64,000 nucleotides of DNA from Candidatus Kapaibacterium sp. (GCA_938031175.1 CALHGZ010000004.1:1527-65526), one strand, 5' to 3'. Shown: positions 20,862 to 30,315, counted from the first letter of the stretch. Numbers and translations are program-made. The notes: generated from the sequence alone by a model not told the origin.

Positions 20862-22037
20862 ATGCGTATTGAAGAAACAAATGTAAGAAAAAGGAATACA
20901 GAGAAAAATCCATCTTGTATATATTGCAAAAGCACACGTGTAATTAAACACGGTAAGACAATCACAGGTAACAGGCGTTTTAGGTGTCTTAATTGTGGTA
21001 AGACTTGGGTACTTGAGAAGAATGAACCTGTTAGACCTGACTTGGCAGACATAACTGAAGCATATTTAAATGGAAGAACATATAGAGATTTAGTGTCAAT
21101 TTATCACAGCTCGCCTCTGAGAATAAATCAAAAAATAAGGGAATTTTTAGAAGGGTGCCCGCACTGGGAAGATTATCTCGATGCAACTGTACGTCACCAC
21201 GAACCTCGGTTGATTAATCTGGTCGGAAGAACATTTTCATGTTCTACTTCAGGTTCGAGTAATAATACTATGTTTTTGGCAATGGCAGTTGATGGTTTAT
21301 CTACAGTTGTTTTGGGGTATGAAATTGCAAAGTCTGAGAATAAAAATGTATGGTTATATCTTCTTGATAGATTGAATTGTCGGGGTTTAATTTGTCCATC
21401 TTTTATGTCTAATGGTTCCCGTAATATTGAAGAAGCTGTGAAAACGATTTATCCTTATGCAAATGTCAGAATCAATTATCACAGGGCATATCGTGACAAA
21501 GAGATAACTTGTTGCATTTATCGCTTACCTATTAATAATAAACTTTTAAACGATGCTGTTAAAATTTACAACTCACTCGAAAATAAAAATTTAAATAAAT
21601 ATTTAAAAGAACATAGTAATAAGAATTTCAATGAGATATTGTTTTTATCTCAAGAAGAGTTTATTAAAAGAGTCAAGGAACGTTTAGAGAATAAACAAAA
21701 AACTAGGGTAGAAGGGTTAAGCAGCACGTTCCAAGCCCGATTTGAGAAGTTCCACATGCTTAAAGATGATCCAGAACCAATAATTAACGGTTGGATTGCC
21801 AAAACAATGCTGCAAAGATTGAACACGGGTTTTAGTAGATTATCATTATATATGCAAGTGCCAGCTATTACTACATTTAAAAACTTTTCTTGTGGTAATA
21901 TACCAAAAGCACTTGATTTGAATTTAGATAGTCCCTTGCTAAAATCTTTTATAATCGAAATTGCTTCACGTGGTCTGCAATTACCTATAATATTTAACAA
22001 ATGTGAAATGAAGTTAGATAAATGTAGTTTATTCTAA
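20862..22037 (+). CDS. Transposase-derived protein (IS1 InsA-like Zn ribbon + HTH + IS256/MULE-like RNase H fold), probably catalytically inactive
   Basis: CIYC..VIKHG..RFRCLNC Zn ribbon and an HTH. W..LLDRL..RGL....MSNG...EEAV..IYP aligns with IS256 W..FL..L..RGL....ISDG..AI..FP. No terminal inverted repeats seen. Confidence 0.7.
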   Translation: MRIEETNVRKRNTEKNPSCIYCKSTRVIKHGKTITGNRRFRCLNCGKTWVLEKNEPVRPDLADITEAYLNGRTYRDLVSIYHSSPLRINQKIREFLEGCPHWEDYLDATVRHHEPRLINLVGRTFSCSTSGSSNNTMFLAMAVDGLSTVVLGYEIAKSENKNVWLYLLDRLNCRGLICPSFMSNGSRNIEEAVKTIYPYANVRINYHRAYRDKEITCCIYRLPINNKLLNDAVKIYNSLENKNLNKYLKEHSNKNFNEILFLSQEEFIKRVKERLENKQKTRVEGLSSTFQARFEKFHMLKDDPEPIINGWIAKTMLQRLNTGFSRLSLYMQVPAITTFKNFSCGNIPKALDLNLDSPLLKSFIIEIASRGLQLPIIFNKCEMKLDKCSLF

Positions 22038-23251
22038 TATGGTAATATTTTATTGAGAAGAGTTTCTTCAATTCTAACAAGAGCAAGTTTTTCGGTTGAT
22101 GCAAATACTATATTCCCATCTTTCGAGATGTTTGGTTGTAGAAATAAAGTAGGCGAATCAGATAGAGAAATTGTGCGGGATAGTTCTCCTTCTTTGGTCA
22201 TGATATATAATCCAGGTGCTTTTCTTGTCATACCAACGGCAGCTATAAATTCTTTTGCAATTAAAATTGGTGCCGGTATTGACATTTCATAATAAATCCT
22301 CCATTTGAGATTACCCTCAATTGAATAACAATAGATTCCGCTTATAGTTTCACCAATACCTGCATTATAACCAGTGAGATAAATATTTTCATTACGATCA
22401 ACGGAGATAAATCTCAGGAAAATTGATATTTCTCGCTCCCAAATAGGATTTCCATCATCGTCAAAAACAAAAATTTTGGATAGCCTTTCTCCGTTTTGAG
22501 TATGAATTCCAATTAAAAAAATTTTGTTTTTATGTATTACAGGTGATTTAATTAGTCTTATTTCATTAAATGATTTTTTCCAGAGTTCTTTTCCGTCTTT
22601 TGAGAGGAAAAGAAGTGTATCGGTTTGATTGAATTCATCAAAAGTGAGATTTAATGCAATATTTCCTTTTTCATCTGCTGAAAAAGTGCGTGTAGAATTA
22701 ATTGAACTTATTCGTTCCCAAATTTTACGACCGTTTGTATCGAGTGAAAATATTTTACCACTATCTGCCGATACGATGATTCTATCATTAACAACTAATA
22801 GGTCGGACATTTGTACTGAATCATAAATAGAATCGTATATGTTAAAAGTCCATCTTAACTTACCCTCAATATTAAATGAATATACAATTCCTTTATTAGA
22901 GGCACAGTAAATATTCCTATTGATATCGGCGCACATACCAGCAGTTACAACTTCTTCCGGTCCTAATTTGTAGTTCCATAAAACTTTTTCGCGTGTGGTG
23001 AGTAATATATATCCCTTTAGAGAAGATAGACAAAATCTTCCATTATCGAGTACAAGAGGTGTAGATATCGATCCGCTTGCATCATCAATTGGTTGAATGG
23101 TATCGGTAACAACAAGTCGTTGGTATATAGTTTTGATATTTTCGTATGAGTTAGTTCTACCTATTCCACCGTATAGATTGAAATTTTCATAAATTGGTTC
23201 TGAATTGCAGGATAAGAGCAATATTAAGATTAAAATAATAAGATATTTCAT
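22034..23251 (-). CDS. PQQ-like beta-propeller (BamB-like) lipoprotein
   Basis: Start moved to MKYLII..LLSC (lipobox). Repeated G..W blade motifs: GKLRWTF, GRKIWER, GKELWKK, GNLKWRI. Confidence 0.82.
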   Translation of the reverse strand: MKYLIILILILLLSCNSEPIYENFNLYGGIGRTNSYENIKTIYQRLVVTDTIQPIDDASGSISTPLVLDNGRFCLSSLKGYILLTTREKVLWNYKLGPEEVVTAGMCADINRNIYCASNKGIVYSFNIEGKLRWTFNIYDSIYDSVQMSDLLVVNDRIIVSADSGKIFSLDTNGRKIWERISSINSTRTFSADEKGNIALNLTFDEFNQTDTLLFLSKDGKELWKKSFNEIRLIKSPVIHKNKIFLIGIHTQNGERLSKIFVFDDDGNPIWEREISIFLRFISVDRNENIYLTGYNAGIGETISGIYCYSIEGNLKWRIYYEMSIPAPILIAKEFIAAVGMTRKAPGLYIMTKEGELSRTISLSDSPTLFLQPNISKDGNIVFASTEKLALVRIEETLLNKILPY

Positions 23252-23267
23252 ATATACGAGCAATATT

Positions 23268-24314
23268 TTACTCCGCGTATCGTACAATTCTTAAACCTGT
23301 GCAAATTGGATTTTCCGTGTAAATTCTTGCTGTTCGTCTTAAGTTATTAGTTCCATCGCAAAATCCACCACCGCGTGATACCTTAGGGCCATTAGTTTGG
23401 TGAAATGAGGGATCAATTGAATCCGATGATTTGTAATAATCAGGTTTATAAGTATCCCAGCACCATTCTCTGACATTACCAGACATATCGTAAAGACCAA
23501 ATTCATTTGGTAAATTTTTGCCTATTGGATGAGTGTGGTATGCTGAATTTGAGCTAAACCAAGCAACTTCATTAGCATCATTTGAGCCTGCATATAGGTA
23601 TTTTCCGCTTGCAAATTCCCATTCTGCTTCGGTTGGGAGTCGCCAACCTTTGGCGTTGGGCTTCCAAATTACTAATGAATCGATAATTTCATAGGATTGT
23701 TCAAGACCATCGCGTTTGGAAAGTTCATTGCAAAACATTATTGCCTCGAGCCATTTGATATTATGAACTGGATGATTTGGTTCTTTTGTAAGTGAAGGAT
23801 TATAATTCATGATTAGTTGCCATAATAGCTGAGTGATTTCAAATTTGCTGATATAGAAATCTTTCGAAATTTTAACACTATGAGGGGGTTCTTCATCCGG
23901 CAATCCTTCTGACGATCCCATTATGAAATTTCCAGCTTTAATTTTGATTAACTCAATGTCGGGGCGTTTTTTTATTGTTAGATAGATATGATTACTGGTA
24001 TCAGAATAATAGACAATTTTAAATTTACCTGAGTGGATATTTTTTGGTATAATAAATTTAATTATGATTTGATTCCATTTGATACAGTCAAAAGAAGGAA
24101 TAATTAATTCATCATTGTAAACCAGGTATGAATATTGATTTTGTTCACCGAAGTTTTTTCCATAAAGTGTTATTGTATCACCCCAGAAAGTTTGATTTTT
24201 GGAAACAGATTGAATGGTTGGTTTGCCAGTTTCTAAAGGGTTATTGTCATCATTGCACGAAACAAATAACAAGCTTGAGATAAAAATATAGAGTATATAT
24301 ATTATCGATTTCAT
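23268..24314 (-). CDS. Lipoprotein with IPT domain and FGE-sulfatase (SUMF1/EgtB/PvdO) domain
   Basis: Lipobox FVSC-NDD and motifs FIMGS, RLPTEAEWEFA, PNEFGLYDMSGNVREW, RGG, GLRIV. Confidence 0.9.
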   Translation of the reverse strand: MKSIIYILYIFISSLLFVSCNDDNNPLETGKPTIQSVSKNQTFWGDTITLYGKNFGEQNQYSYLVYNDELIIPSFDCIKWNQIIIKFIIPKNIHSGKFKIVYYSDTSNHIYLTIKKRPDIELIKIKAGNFIMGSSEGLPDEEPPHSVKISKDFYISKFEITQLLWQLIMNYNPSLTKEPNHPVHNIKWLEAIMFCNELSKRDGLEQSYEIIDSLVIWKPNAKGWRLPTEAEWEFASGKYLYAGSNDANEVAWFSSNSAYHTHPIGKNLPNEFGLYDMSGNVREWCWDTYKPDYYKSSDSIDPSFHQTNGPKVSRGGGFCDGTNNLRRTARIYTENPICTGLRIVRYAE

Positions 24315-24320
24315 CTAAAA

Positions 24321-25892
24321 TTAATGTTTATGAATATCCCGGTGCATAATTCTTCTCGATTGGAATAGTCTTTCTTCTTCAGGTAAAGACATTAACTGAT
24401 TATTCAAGTGCTTGTCATTCTCTCTTTGAAGTAAATCTGCAACATAATTAATAAGTAGATGAGGGAAAATTCCATTTCTTTCATAAAGATTTCTTACCTG
24501 TAGGAGCTTTTCAGCGGACTCTGAACAACTTGTGGCTAATTGTTCTAGATGTTCCATTGAGGCAGTTGCATAAATGTTAGTGCCTACTTTACTTGCCTTG
24601 GCAATGTTTATGGAATCTTTTTTATTAGTTAGCCCCCATTCGACTGCCATGCATATACCGGCTAAGAGCAAATGGGCATTTGCACTTCCATCCGGTGTTC
24701 TTAATTCAATTGTTTGGCGTGGTTCGTCGTGAACCATCTTTTCTTTTTGTTGAGGATTAATTTTCATAGCCAAGTTATTAAACTTTGTCCAGGCAAGTGG
24801 AACTCGTATCATGGCGCTTCGGTTTGAGTCGCTCCAGCATACTTTGGTTGGTGCTTCTTGATTTGGAACCAACCTCATATATGAGGCGGCAACCATATTA
24901 CCGAATGCAGTTAGGCTCGGAGCATATCTACATAAGCCACCAATCAACATTAATGCTTCATCAGATAGGTCACCATTTTTGTCAGTCATAATATTTTTAC
25001 CGTCTCTTTTCAGGAGCATATGAATATGTAAGCCATTTCCAGCGTGACCAATATCAATTTTAGGATAAAATGTTGCAATAAAATTATTCCGATAAGCTGT
25101 ATTTCTGATTATCCAGCTTGCTAAAACCATGCTATCAGCAGCATCTTCAATTGGGGCAGGTGTAAATTCTACCTCCATTTGTTCAGCTATTTTTCCATTT
25201 AATTCCGGATACATACTTTCTAAATGTTCAATATGTCCTACTTCGGCGTGAGCATATTTAACATTACCGAATATTTGGGCAATATTTTTGACCACTTCAT
25301 TCATAATTTTTGCGGTTTTAATGAATGGTTCGGCTGCGTGATATCCTTGTTGTTTTGGTAATGGATAATGTCTGCTTTCGGGTTCTCCGATTAGGTAAAA
25401 TTCAAGTTCACCTAATGCGTGAAGTTCGCAGTTTGTATTATTTTTTAAAAGTTTTGAAGCTCTTAGTAAAATGTTATCAGGTGTAAATTCAGCTAATTCA
25501 CCCTCACGGTTAAAGAATCGACAAATAAAGTCAATGCTTCCGCTATCGAAAGGATTAAAAAAAGCAGTCTTATAAACCGGTACTATATAAAGGTCGGATT
25601 TGCCAACGTCAACTATTCCTTTGAACAAAGAAGAGCCGTCAACACGTTCTCCTTCGGCTAAAATGGTTTCTACTTGTTTTCTGTCAATTATTGGAAGACG
25701 TAGCTCTTTAATCTTTCCATCGAGTGCTGTATAATGGAAAGTAATTCTTTCTAGATTTTTTTCTTTGATGACTTTTATAAAATCTTCTCGTGTAAATTCA
25801 TGTCTATCTTTACCAGTTAACAATGAAATTGGATTTGATAATGTGAATTGTTCCCGTTCAAATTTGACTAACTTACCCATTTGGTATCCCAT
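24321..25892 (-). CDS. Glutamine synthetase family protein (type I-like)
   Basis: DGSSLF, ELEFY, HAEVG..QMEVE, GNGLHIH, RLVPNQEAP, NRSAMIRVP, IELRTPD. Confidence 0.9.
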   Translation of the reverse strand: MGYQMGKLVKFEREQFTLSNPISLLTGKDRHEFTREDFIKVIKEKNLERITFHYTALDGKIKELRLPIIDRKQVETILAEGERVDGSSLFKGIVDVGKSDLYIVPVYKTAFFNPFDSGSIDFICRFFNREGELAEFTPDNILLRASKLLKNNTNCELHALGELEFYLIGEPESRHYPLPKQQGYHAAEPFIKTAKIMNEVVKNIAQIFGNVKYAHAEVGHIEHLESMYPELNGKIAEQMEVEFTPAPIEDAADSMVLASWIIRNTAYRNNFIATFYPKIDIGHAGNGLHIHMLLKRDGKNIMTDKNGDLSDEALMLIGGLCRYAPSLTAFGNMVAASYMRLVPNQEAPTKVCWSDSNRSAMIRVPLAWTKFNNLAMKINPQQKEKMVHDEPRQTIELRTPDGSANAHLLLAGICMAVEWGLTNKKDSINIAKASKVGTNIYATASMEHLEQLATSCSESAEKLLQVRNLYERNGIFPHLLINYVADLLQRENDKHLNNQLMSLPEEERLFQSRRIMHRDIHKH

Positions 25893-26262
25893 TTGTTTTA
25901 TAAAAATTTAAAATTATAAAAACGAAATATAAGTAAATTCAAGAATTTTGCAAATTTTAAAAGGGAAGGTGTAACAATAGTGTTTACAAATTTTTGAATG
26001 TATTTTTAAAATTTTAGGAATTTCACTAATTTGCAACTAATTATAATGCAAATTATTATGTTTAAAGCAAAAAAAATATACCACAATATCAAAATCAACA
26101 TGGAGCATTATGCTTCATCAGTTATACCTTTGCCCAAAACAAGAGCAAGCAAAATACTTGGCTTCAAGCATTATCAAACCGATGCACCAATTTAATTTTA
26201 CCTTTGTAAGTCACAACTTCAAAATTAACAATACATAATTTAAAACAACTAAGAGGTATTTT

Positions 26263-27177
26263 ATGAAAAAAGACTTTCTCAAAGTGCTTGATTTTACACG
26301 TGAAGAGATATTAGCCATATTCAAATTAGCTCAGGATATGAAAGCAAATAAGAAAAAATATGCAAAATCTTTAGAGGGTAAAACATTAGCTTTGATATTT
26401 GAGAAGCCATCTTTACGAACCCGAACCACATTTGATGTTGGAATACAACAATTAGGCGGTTTTTCAATATATTTATCACCAGCAGAGATTAACCTGGGCA
26501 AAAGAGAGTCTGTATATGATGTTGCTAAAAATTTGGAGCGTATGGTTGATGGCATAATGATTAGAACATTTGGTCATCATATAGTGGAAGATATGGCTAA
26601 ATATGCAAAAATTCCTATAATAAATGGATTAACTGATTATTCGCATCCTTGCCAGGCAATGGCTGATTTTTTAACTATTTTAGAAATCAAAGAGGATTTT
26701 AAGGGGCTTAAGTTATGTTACGTTGGTGATGGCAATAATGTAGCTCATTCTCTTATGGGTGCAGGTGCCCGATTAGGTGTTGATGTAACAATTGCTTGTC
26801 CACGAGGCTATGAACCAAACGTGATTGCATATTTGAATGTGAAAGAGGCGGCTAAAGAATCGGGCGCAAAAATCGAAATAGTTCACGACCCGGTTGAAGG
26901 CGTCAAAGGTGCAGATATAGTTTATACAGATGTCTGGGCATCTATGGGTCAAGAAGCTGAGGCAGAAAAGAGGAAACAAATATTTATGCCGTATCAGGTT
27001 AATGATAAACTAATGTCTTACGCCAATCCAGATGCAATATTTATGCATTGCTTGCCTGCGCATCGTGGCGAGGAAGTAACGGATAGTGTGATTGATGCTG
27101 AATATTCGGTTGTTTTCCAAGAAGCAGAAAATAGATTACACGTTCAGAAAGCAATTATGTATGAATTAATGAAATAA
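26263..27177 (+). CDS. argF: Ornithine carbamoyltransferase (probably catabolic ArcB role)
   Basis: SLRT, HPCQ, GDGNN, DVWASMG, HCLP, QEAENR. Confidence 0.95.
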   Translation: MKKDFLKVLDFTREEILAIFKLAQDMKANKKKYAKSLEGKTLALIFEKPSLRTRTTFDVGIQQLGGFSIYLSPAEINLGKRESVYDVAKNLERMVDGIMIRTFGHHIVEDMAKYAKIPIINGLTDYSHPCQAMADFLTILEIKEDFKGLKLCYVGDGNNVAHSLMGAGARLGVDVTIACPRGYEPNVIAYLNVKEAAKESGAKIEIVHDPVEGVKGADIVYTDVWASMGQEAEAEKRKQIFMPYQVNDKLMSYANPDAIFMHCLPAHRGEEVTDSVIDAEYSVVFQEAENRLHVQKAIMYELMK

Positions 27178-27182
27178 AAGAT

Positions 27183-28121
27183 ATGGAAAAAGTTGCTGTA
27201 TTAGCAGTTGGAGGCAATTCATTAATCCGTGCTGGTGAACGCGGAACAATCGAAGAACAGCTTTTCAATGCATATGCAACTGGGCGATCTGTTGCACAAT
27301 TAATTGCCGATGGATGGCATCTTGTAATAACCCACGGTAACGGTCCTCAAGCAGGAGCAGCTCTACTGCGTTCGGAAAGAGCTTCGAATGAAGTGTATCC
27401 TCATCCTCTAGATGTATGCGTTGCAACAACACAAGGAGAAATTGGTTATATACTGGAAAGAGCGATTAATTATCATCTTCGTCAACTTAATCTTAGAAAT
27501 AATGTAGTAACAATACCTACAATGGTGTTAGTGAATTCAAATGATCCTGCTTTCCAAAATCCAACTAAACCAATTGGACCATTCTATTCTAAAACTGAAG
27601 CTGAAGTTAGAAAAAAATTGGGCTGGAATATAATTGAAGATTCTGCACGTGGTTACAGAAGGGTTGTACCATCACCCGAACCTATAGATATATTGGAAAT
27701 TGAAGCAATTAAACAAATTGTAAATATTGGATTAACTTGTATAGCTGTTGGTGGTGGTGGAATCCCTGTAATTTATGAAAATGGAGATATTAAAGGTGTT
27801 GAAGCTGTTATTGATAAGGATAGATCATCAGCATTATTAGCTTCAAAACTTAAAGCAGAGACTTTTATAATTTCTACAGACACAGACAAGGTTTATTTGA
27901 ATTTTAAGAAAACCAATCAGCAAGGAATAGATAGAATAACAGTTTCCGAATTGCAGAAGTATTATGATGAAGGTCATTTCCCTGCTGGCAGTATGGGACC
28001 GAAGGTGGAAGCTGTAATAAAATTTTTGAAAAATGGTGGAAAAAGAGCTATAATTACCTCATATGAGTATTTAGTTGAGGCTTTAGATGGTTATGCTGGA
28101 ACACTGGTTCTACCTGATTAA
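27183..28121 (+). CDS. arcC: Carbamate kinase
   Basis: AVGGNS, THGNGPQ, PTKPIGPFY, RRVVPSP, EAVIDKD, GSMGPK. Confidence 0.97.
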   Translation: MEKVAVLAVGGNSLIRAGERGTIEEQLFNAYATGRSVAQLIADGWHLVITHGNGPQAGAALLRSERASNEVYPHPLDVCVATTQGEIGYILERAINYHLRQLNLRNNVVTIPTMVLVNSNDPAFQNPTKPIGPFYSKTEAEVRKKLGWNIIEDSARGYRRVVPSPEPIDILEIEAIKQIVNIGLTCIAVGGGGIPVIYENGDIKGVEAVIDKDRSSALLASKLKAETFIISTDTDKVYLNFKKTNQQGIDRITVSELQKYYDEGHFPAGSMGPKVEAVIKFLKNGGKRAIITSYEYLVEALDGYAGTLVLPD

Positions 28122-28170
28122 TTTTTCTTAAATTTACAAAATTAAATTTGATATAAAATTTTAAGAGGTA

Positions 28171-29094
28171 ATGATGAAATTAAAGCACATTATTGAATCA
28201 CAGCAGTTCACCGTTCCTTCATTATATGATTTATTTGAAAGAGCAGATCAAATGAAAAAAATTGTGAAGAGAGGCGGTACGCGTGATTATCAGAATAAAG
28301 TAATGGCGACCTTGTTTTATAAGCCATCAACCCGTACAAGGTTTTCTTTTGAATCGGCAATGTATCGTCTTGGTGGTAGTGTATTATCGACAGAACAGGC
28401 AAAAGAATTTTCATCGGAAATCGAGGGCGAAAATCTGGAGGATACTATACGTATTATATCAAACTATTCAGATGTGATAGTTTTGCGTCATTATGAAGAA
28501 GGGGGTGCCAAACGTGCAGCAGCGGTATCGCCGGTACCTATAATTAATGCTGGTGATGGTTCTGGTGGACAACATCCAACACAGGCTTTGCTTGATTTAT
28601 ACACTATTTATAGTGAATGTAAAACACTCGATGGTCTATCTGTAGCATTTGTTGGTGCATTAGACCAGGGAAGAACAGTACGGTCACTTGCTTATTTATT
28701 AGGCAAGTTCGATAGAATCAAATTATATTTTATTGCACCACTAGAAATGACCATCAAAAATGATATTTTGGAATATTTAGATGAAAGAGGAGTTTCATAC
28801 CAATTAGCTGATAGCACTGATGGAATAATAAATCGAGTTGATGTTGTCTATCAAACTAGAATAGATAAAAAGCGGCTCATTAATAAAGACGTAAAATTAT
28901 CACAATATAATATAGATAAAAATGTATTAAGCAAGATGAAATATAATTCAATCATAATGCATCCATTACCACGCTCAGTGGAAATAGATCCGGCTGTTGA
29001 TACGGATCCTCGAGCTGCATATTTTAGGCAAGCAGAAAATGGACTTTATGTTCGGATGGCTTTATTGACAATGCTTTTTGAAAATGAAGAATAA
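28171..29094 (+). CDS. Aspartate carbamoyltransferase-like enzyme (PyrB family) with substituted substrate-binding residues
   Basis: STRT, RH, NAGDG, HPTQ and HPLP are present, but it has SSEIEGE for SSxxKGE, GAL for GDL, and TRIDKKR for TRIQxER. Confidence 0.85.
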   Translation: MMKLKHIIESQQFTVPSLYDLFERADQMKKIVKRGGTRDYQNKVMATLFYKPSTRTRFSFESAMYRLGGSVLSTEQAKEFSSEIEGENLEDTIRIISNYSDVIVLRHYEEGGAKRAAAVSPVPIINAGDGSGGQHPTQALLDLYTIYSECKTLDGLSVAFVGALDQGRTVRSLAYLLGKFDRIKLYFIAPLEMTIKNDILEYLDERGVSYQLADSTDGIINRVDVVYQTRIDKKRLINKDVKLSQYNIDKNVLSKMKYNSIIMHPLPRSVEIDPAVDTDPRAAYFRQAENGLYVRMALLTMLFENEE

Positions 29095-29109
29095 ATTAAG
29101 GAGTTTTTT

Positions 29110-30306
29110 ATGACAACTCAAGATTATATCCAATTAGAAGAAAAATACGGTGCGCACAATTATCATCCCTTAGATGTAGTTATCAAAGAAGCGAAAGGTG
29201 TTTGGGTAACAGATGTAGATGGCAAGCGTTATCTAGATTGTCTTGCTGCATACTCAGCTGTTAATCAGGGACATTGCCATCCTAAAATTTTGGAAGCATT
29301 CATTGAACAAGCTAAAAAGGTTACCTTGACAAGTAGAGCATTCAGGAATGATAAACTACCGATATTCTATAAGAAATTGGCAGATATGACCGGATACGAA
29401 ATGTCCTTACCGATGAATTCAGGAGCTGAAGCGGTTGAAACTGCTATTAAAGTTTCAAGGCGTTGGGGCTATGATATCAAAAAAATTCCCGAGAACAAAG
29501 CCGAAATTATTGTAGCAGACGGTAATTTCCACGGAAGAACTACAACAATAGTTGGATTTTCGACAGATCCAATGTCATATCGAGGTTTTGGTCCCTATGC
29601 TCCCGGCTTCGTAATTGCGAAATATGGCGATGCTGATGATTTTCGCTCAAAAATAAATGAGAATACATCTGCCATTCTAATAGAACCGATACAGGGGGAA
29701 GGGGGAATTGTTATCCCCCCTGAGGGGTTTCTCCGAGAAGTAGAACAAATGTGCCGGGAAAATAATGTGCTTTTTGTATGCGATGAAATTCAGTCAGGTT
29801 TGGGTCGTAGTGGGCGTTTATTTGCTTTTGAGTACGAAGGAGTCCATCCGGATATTGTGATTATTGGCAAGGCATTATCAGGAGGATTTTATCCTGTATC
29901 AGCAATTCTTTCGAGTAGAGATATATTAATGGTAATTAAACCGGGTGAGCATGGCTCTACATTTGGAGGTAATCCATTGGCTGCTGCTGTTGCTGTTAAA
30001 GCTTTGGAAGTAATAGAGGAAGAAAATCTGATTCAACGTTCATTTGAATTGGGGGAATATTTTATGTCGAAACTGAGAGCAATTAATAATCCTCACATAA
30101 AATTAGTACGAGGCAGAGGATTATGGATTGGACTTGTACTTGATACTAAAGCTAGACCATATTGCGAAATGCTCAAAGAAGAAGGAATTCTATGCAAGGA
30201 GACGCATGAGACTATAATTAGATTTGCACCGCCACTTGTTATTACGAAGGAAGAAATTGATTGGGCGATTGAAAAAATTGAAAAAGTATTTAATGCACTA
30301 AATTAA
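29110..30306 (+). CDS. rocD: Ornithine--oxo-acid aminotransferase
   Basis: GAHNYHPL, AYSAVNQGHCHP, DEIQSGLGR, GKALSGG, HGSTFGGNP. Confidence 0.96.
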   Translation: MTTQDYIQLEEKYGAHNYHPLDVVIKEAKGVWVTDVDGKRYLDCLAAYSAVNQGHCHPKILEAFIEQAKKVTLTSRAFRNDKLPIFYKKLADMTGYEMSLPMNSGAEAVETAIKVSRRWGYDIKKIPENKAEIIVADGNFHGRTTTIVGFSTDPMSYRGFGPYAPGFVIAKYGDADDFRSKINENTSAILIEPIQGEGGIVIPPEGFLREVEQMCRENNVLFVCDEIQSGLGRSGRLFAFEYEGVHPDIVIIGKALSGGFYPVSAILSSRDILMVIKPGEHGSTFGGNPLAAAVAVKALEVIEEENLIQRSFELGEYFMSKLRAINNPHIKLVRGRGLWIGLVLDTKARPYCEMLKEEGILCKETHETIIRFAPPLVITKEEIDWAIEKIEKVFNALN

Positions 30307-30315
30307 AATGATGTT

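Noticed and set aside
20862-22037. Active IS1/IS256 insertion sequence
   Set aside because: Catalytic Asp residues are missing, no TIRs or target duplication are visible, and the ORF is tightly embedded between host genes.
23268-24314. FGE-sulfatase domain as a diversity-generating retroelement target
   Set aside because: No reverse transcriptase and no template repeat matching its 3' end were seen in the window.
25990-26060. ArgR (ARG box) operators before the arginine operon
   Set aside because: Only weak half-matches (TGAAT, TGCA) in very AT-rich DNA, and no argR in the window.
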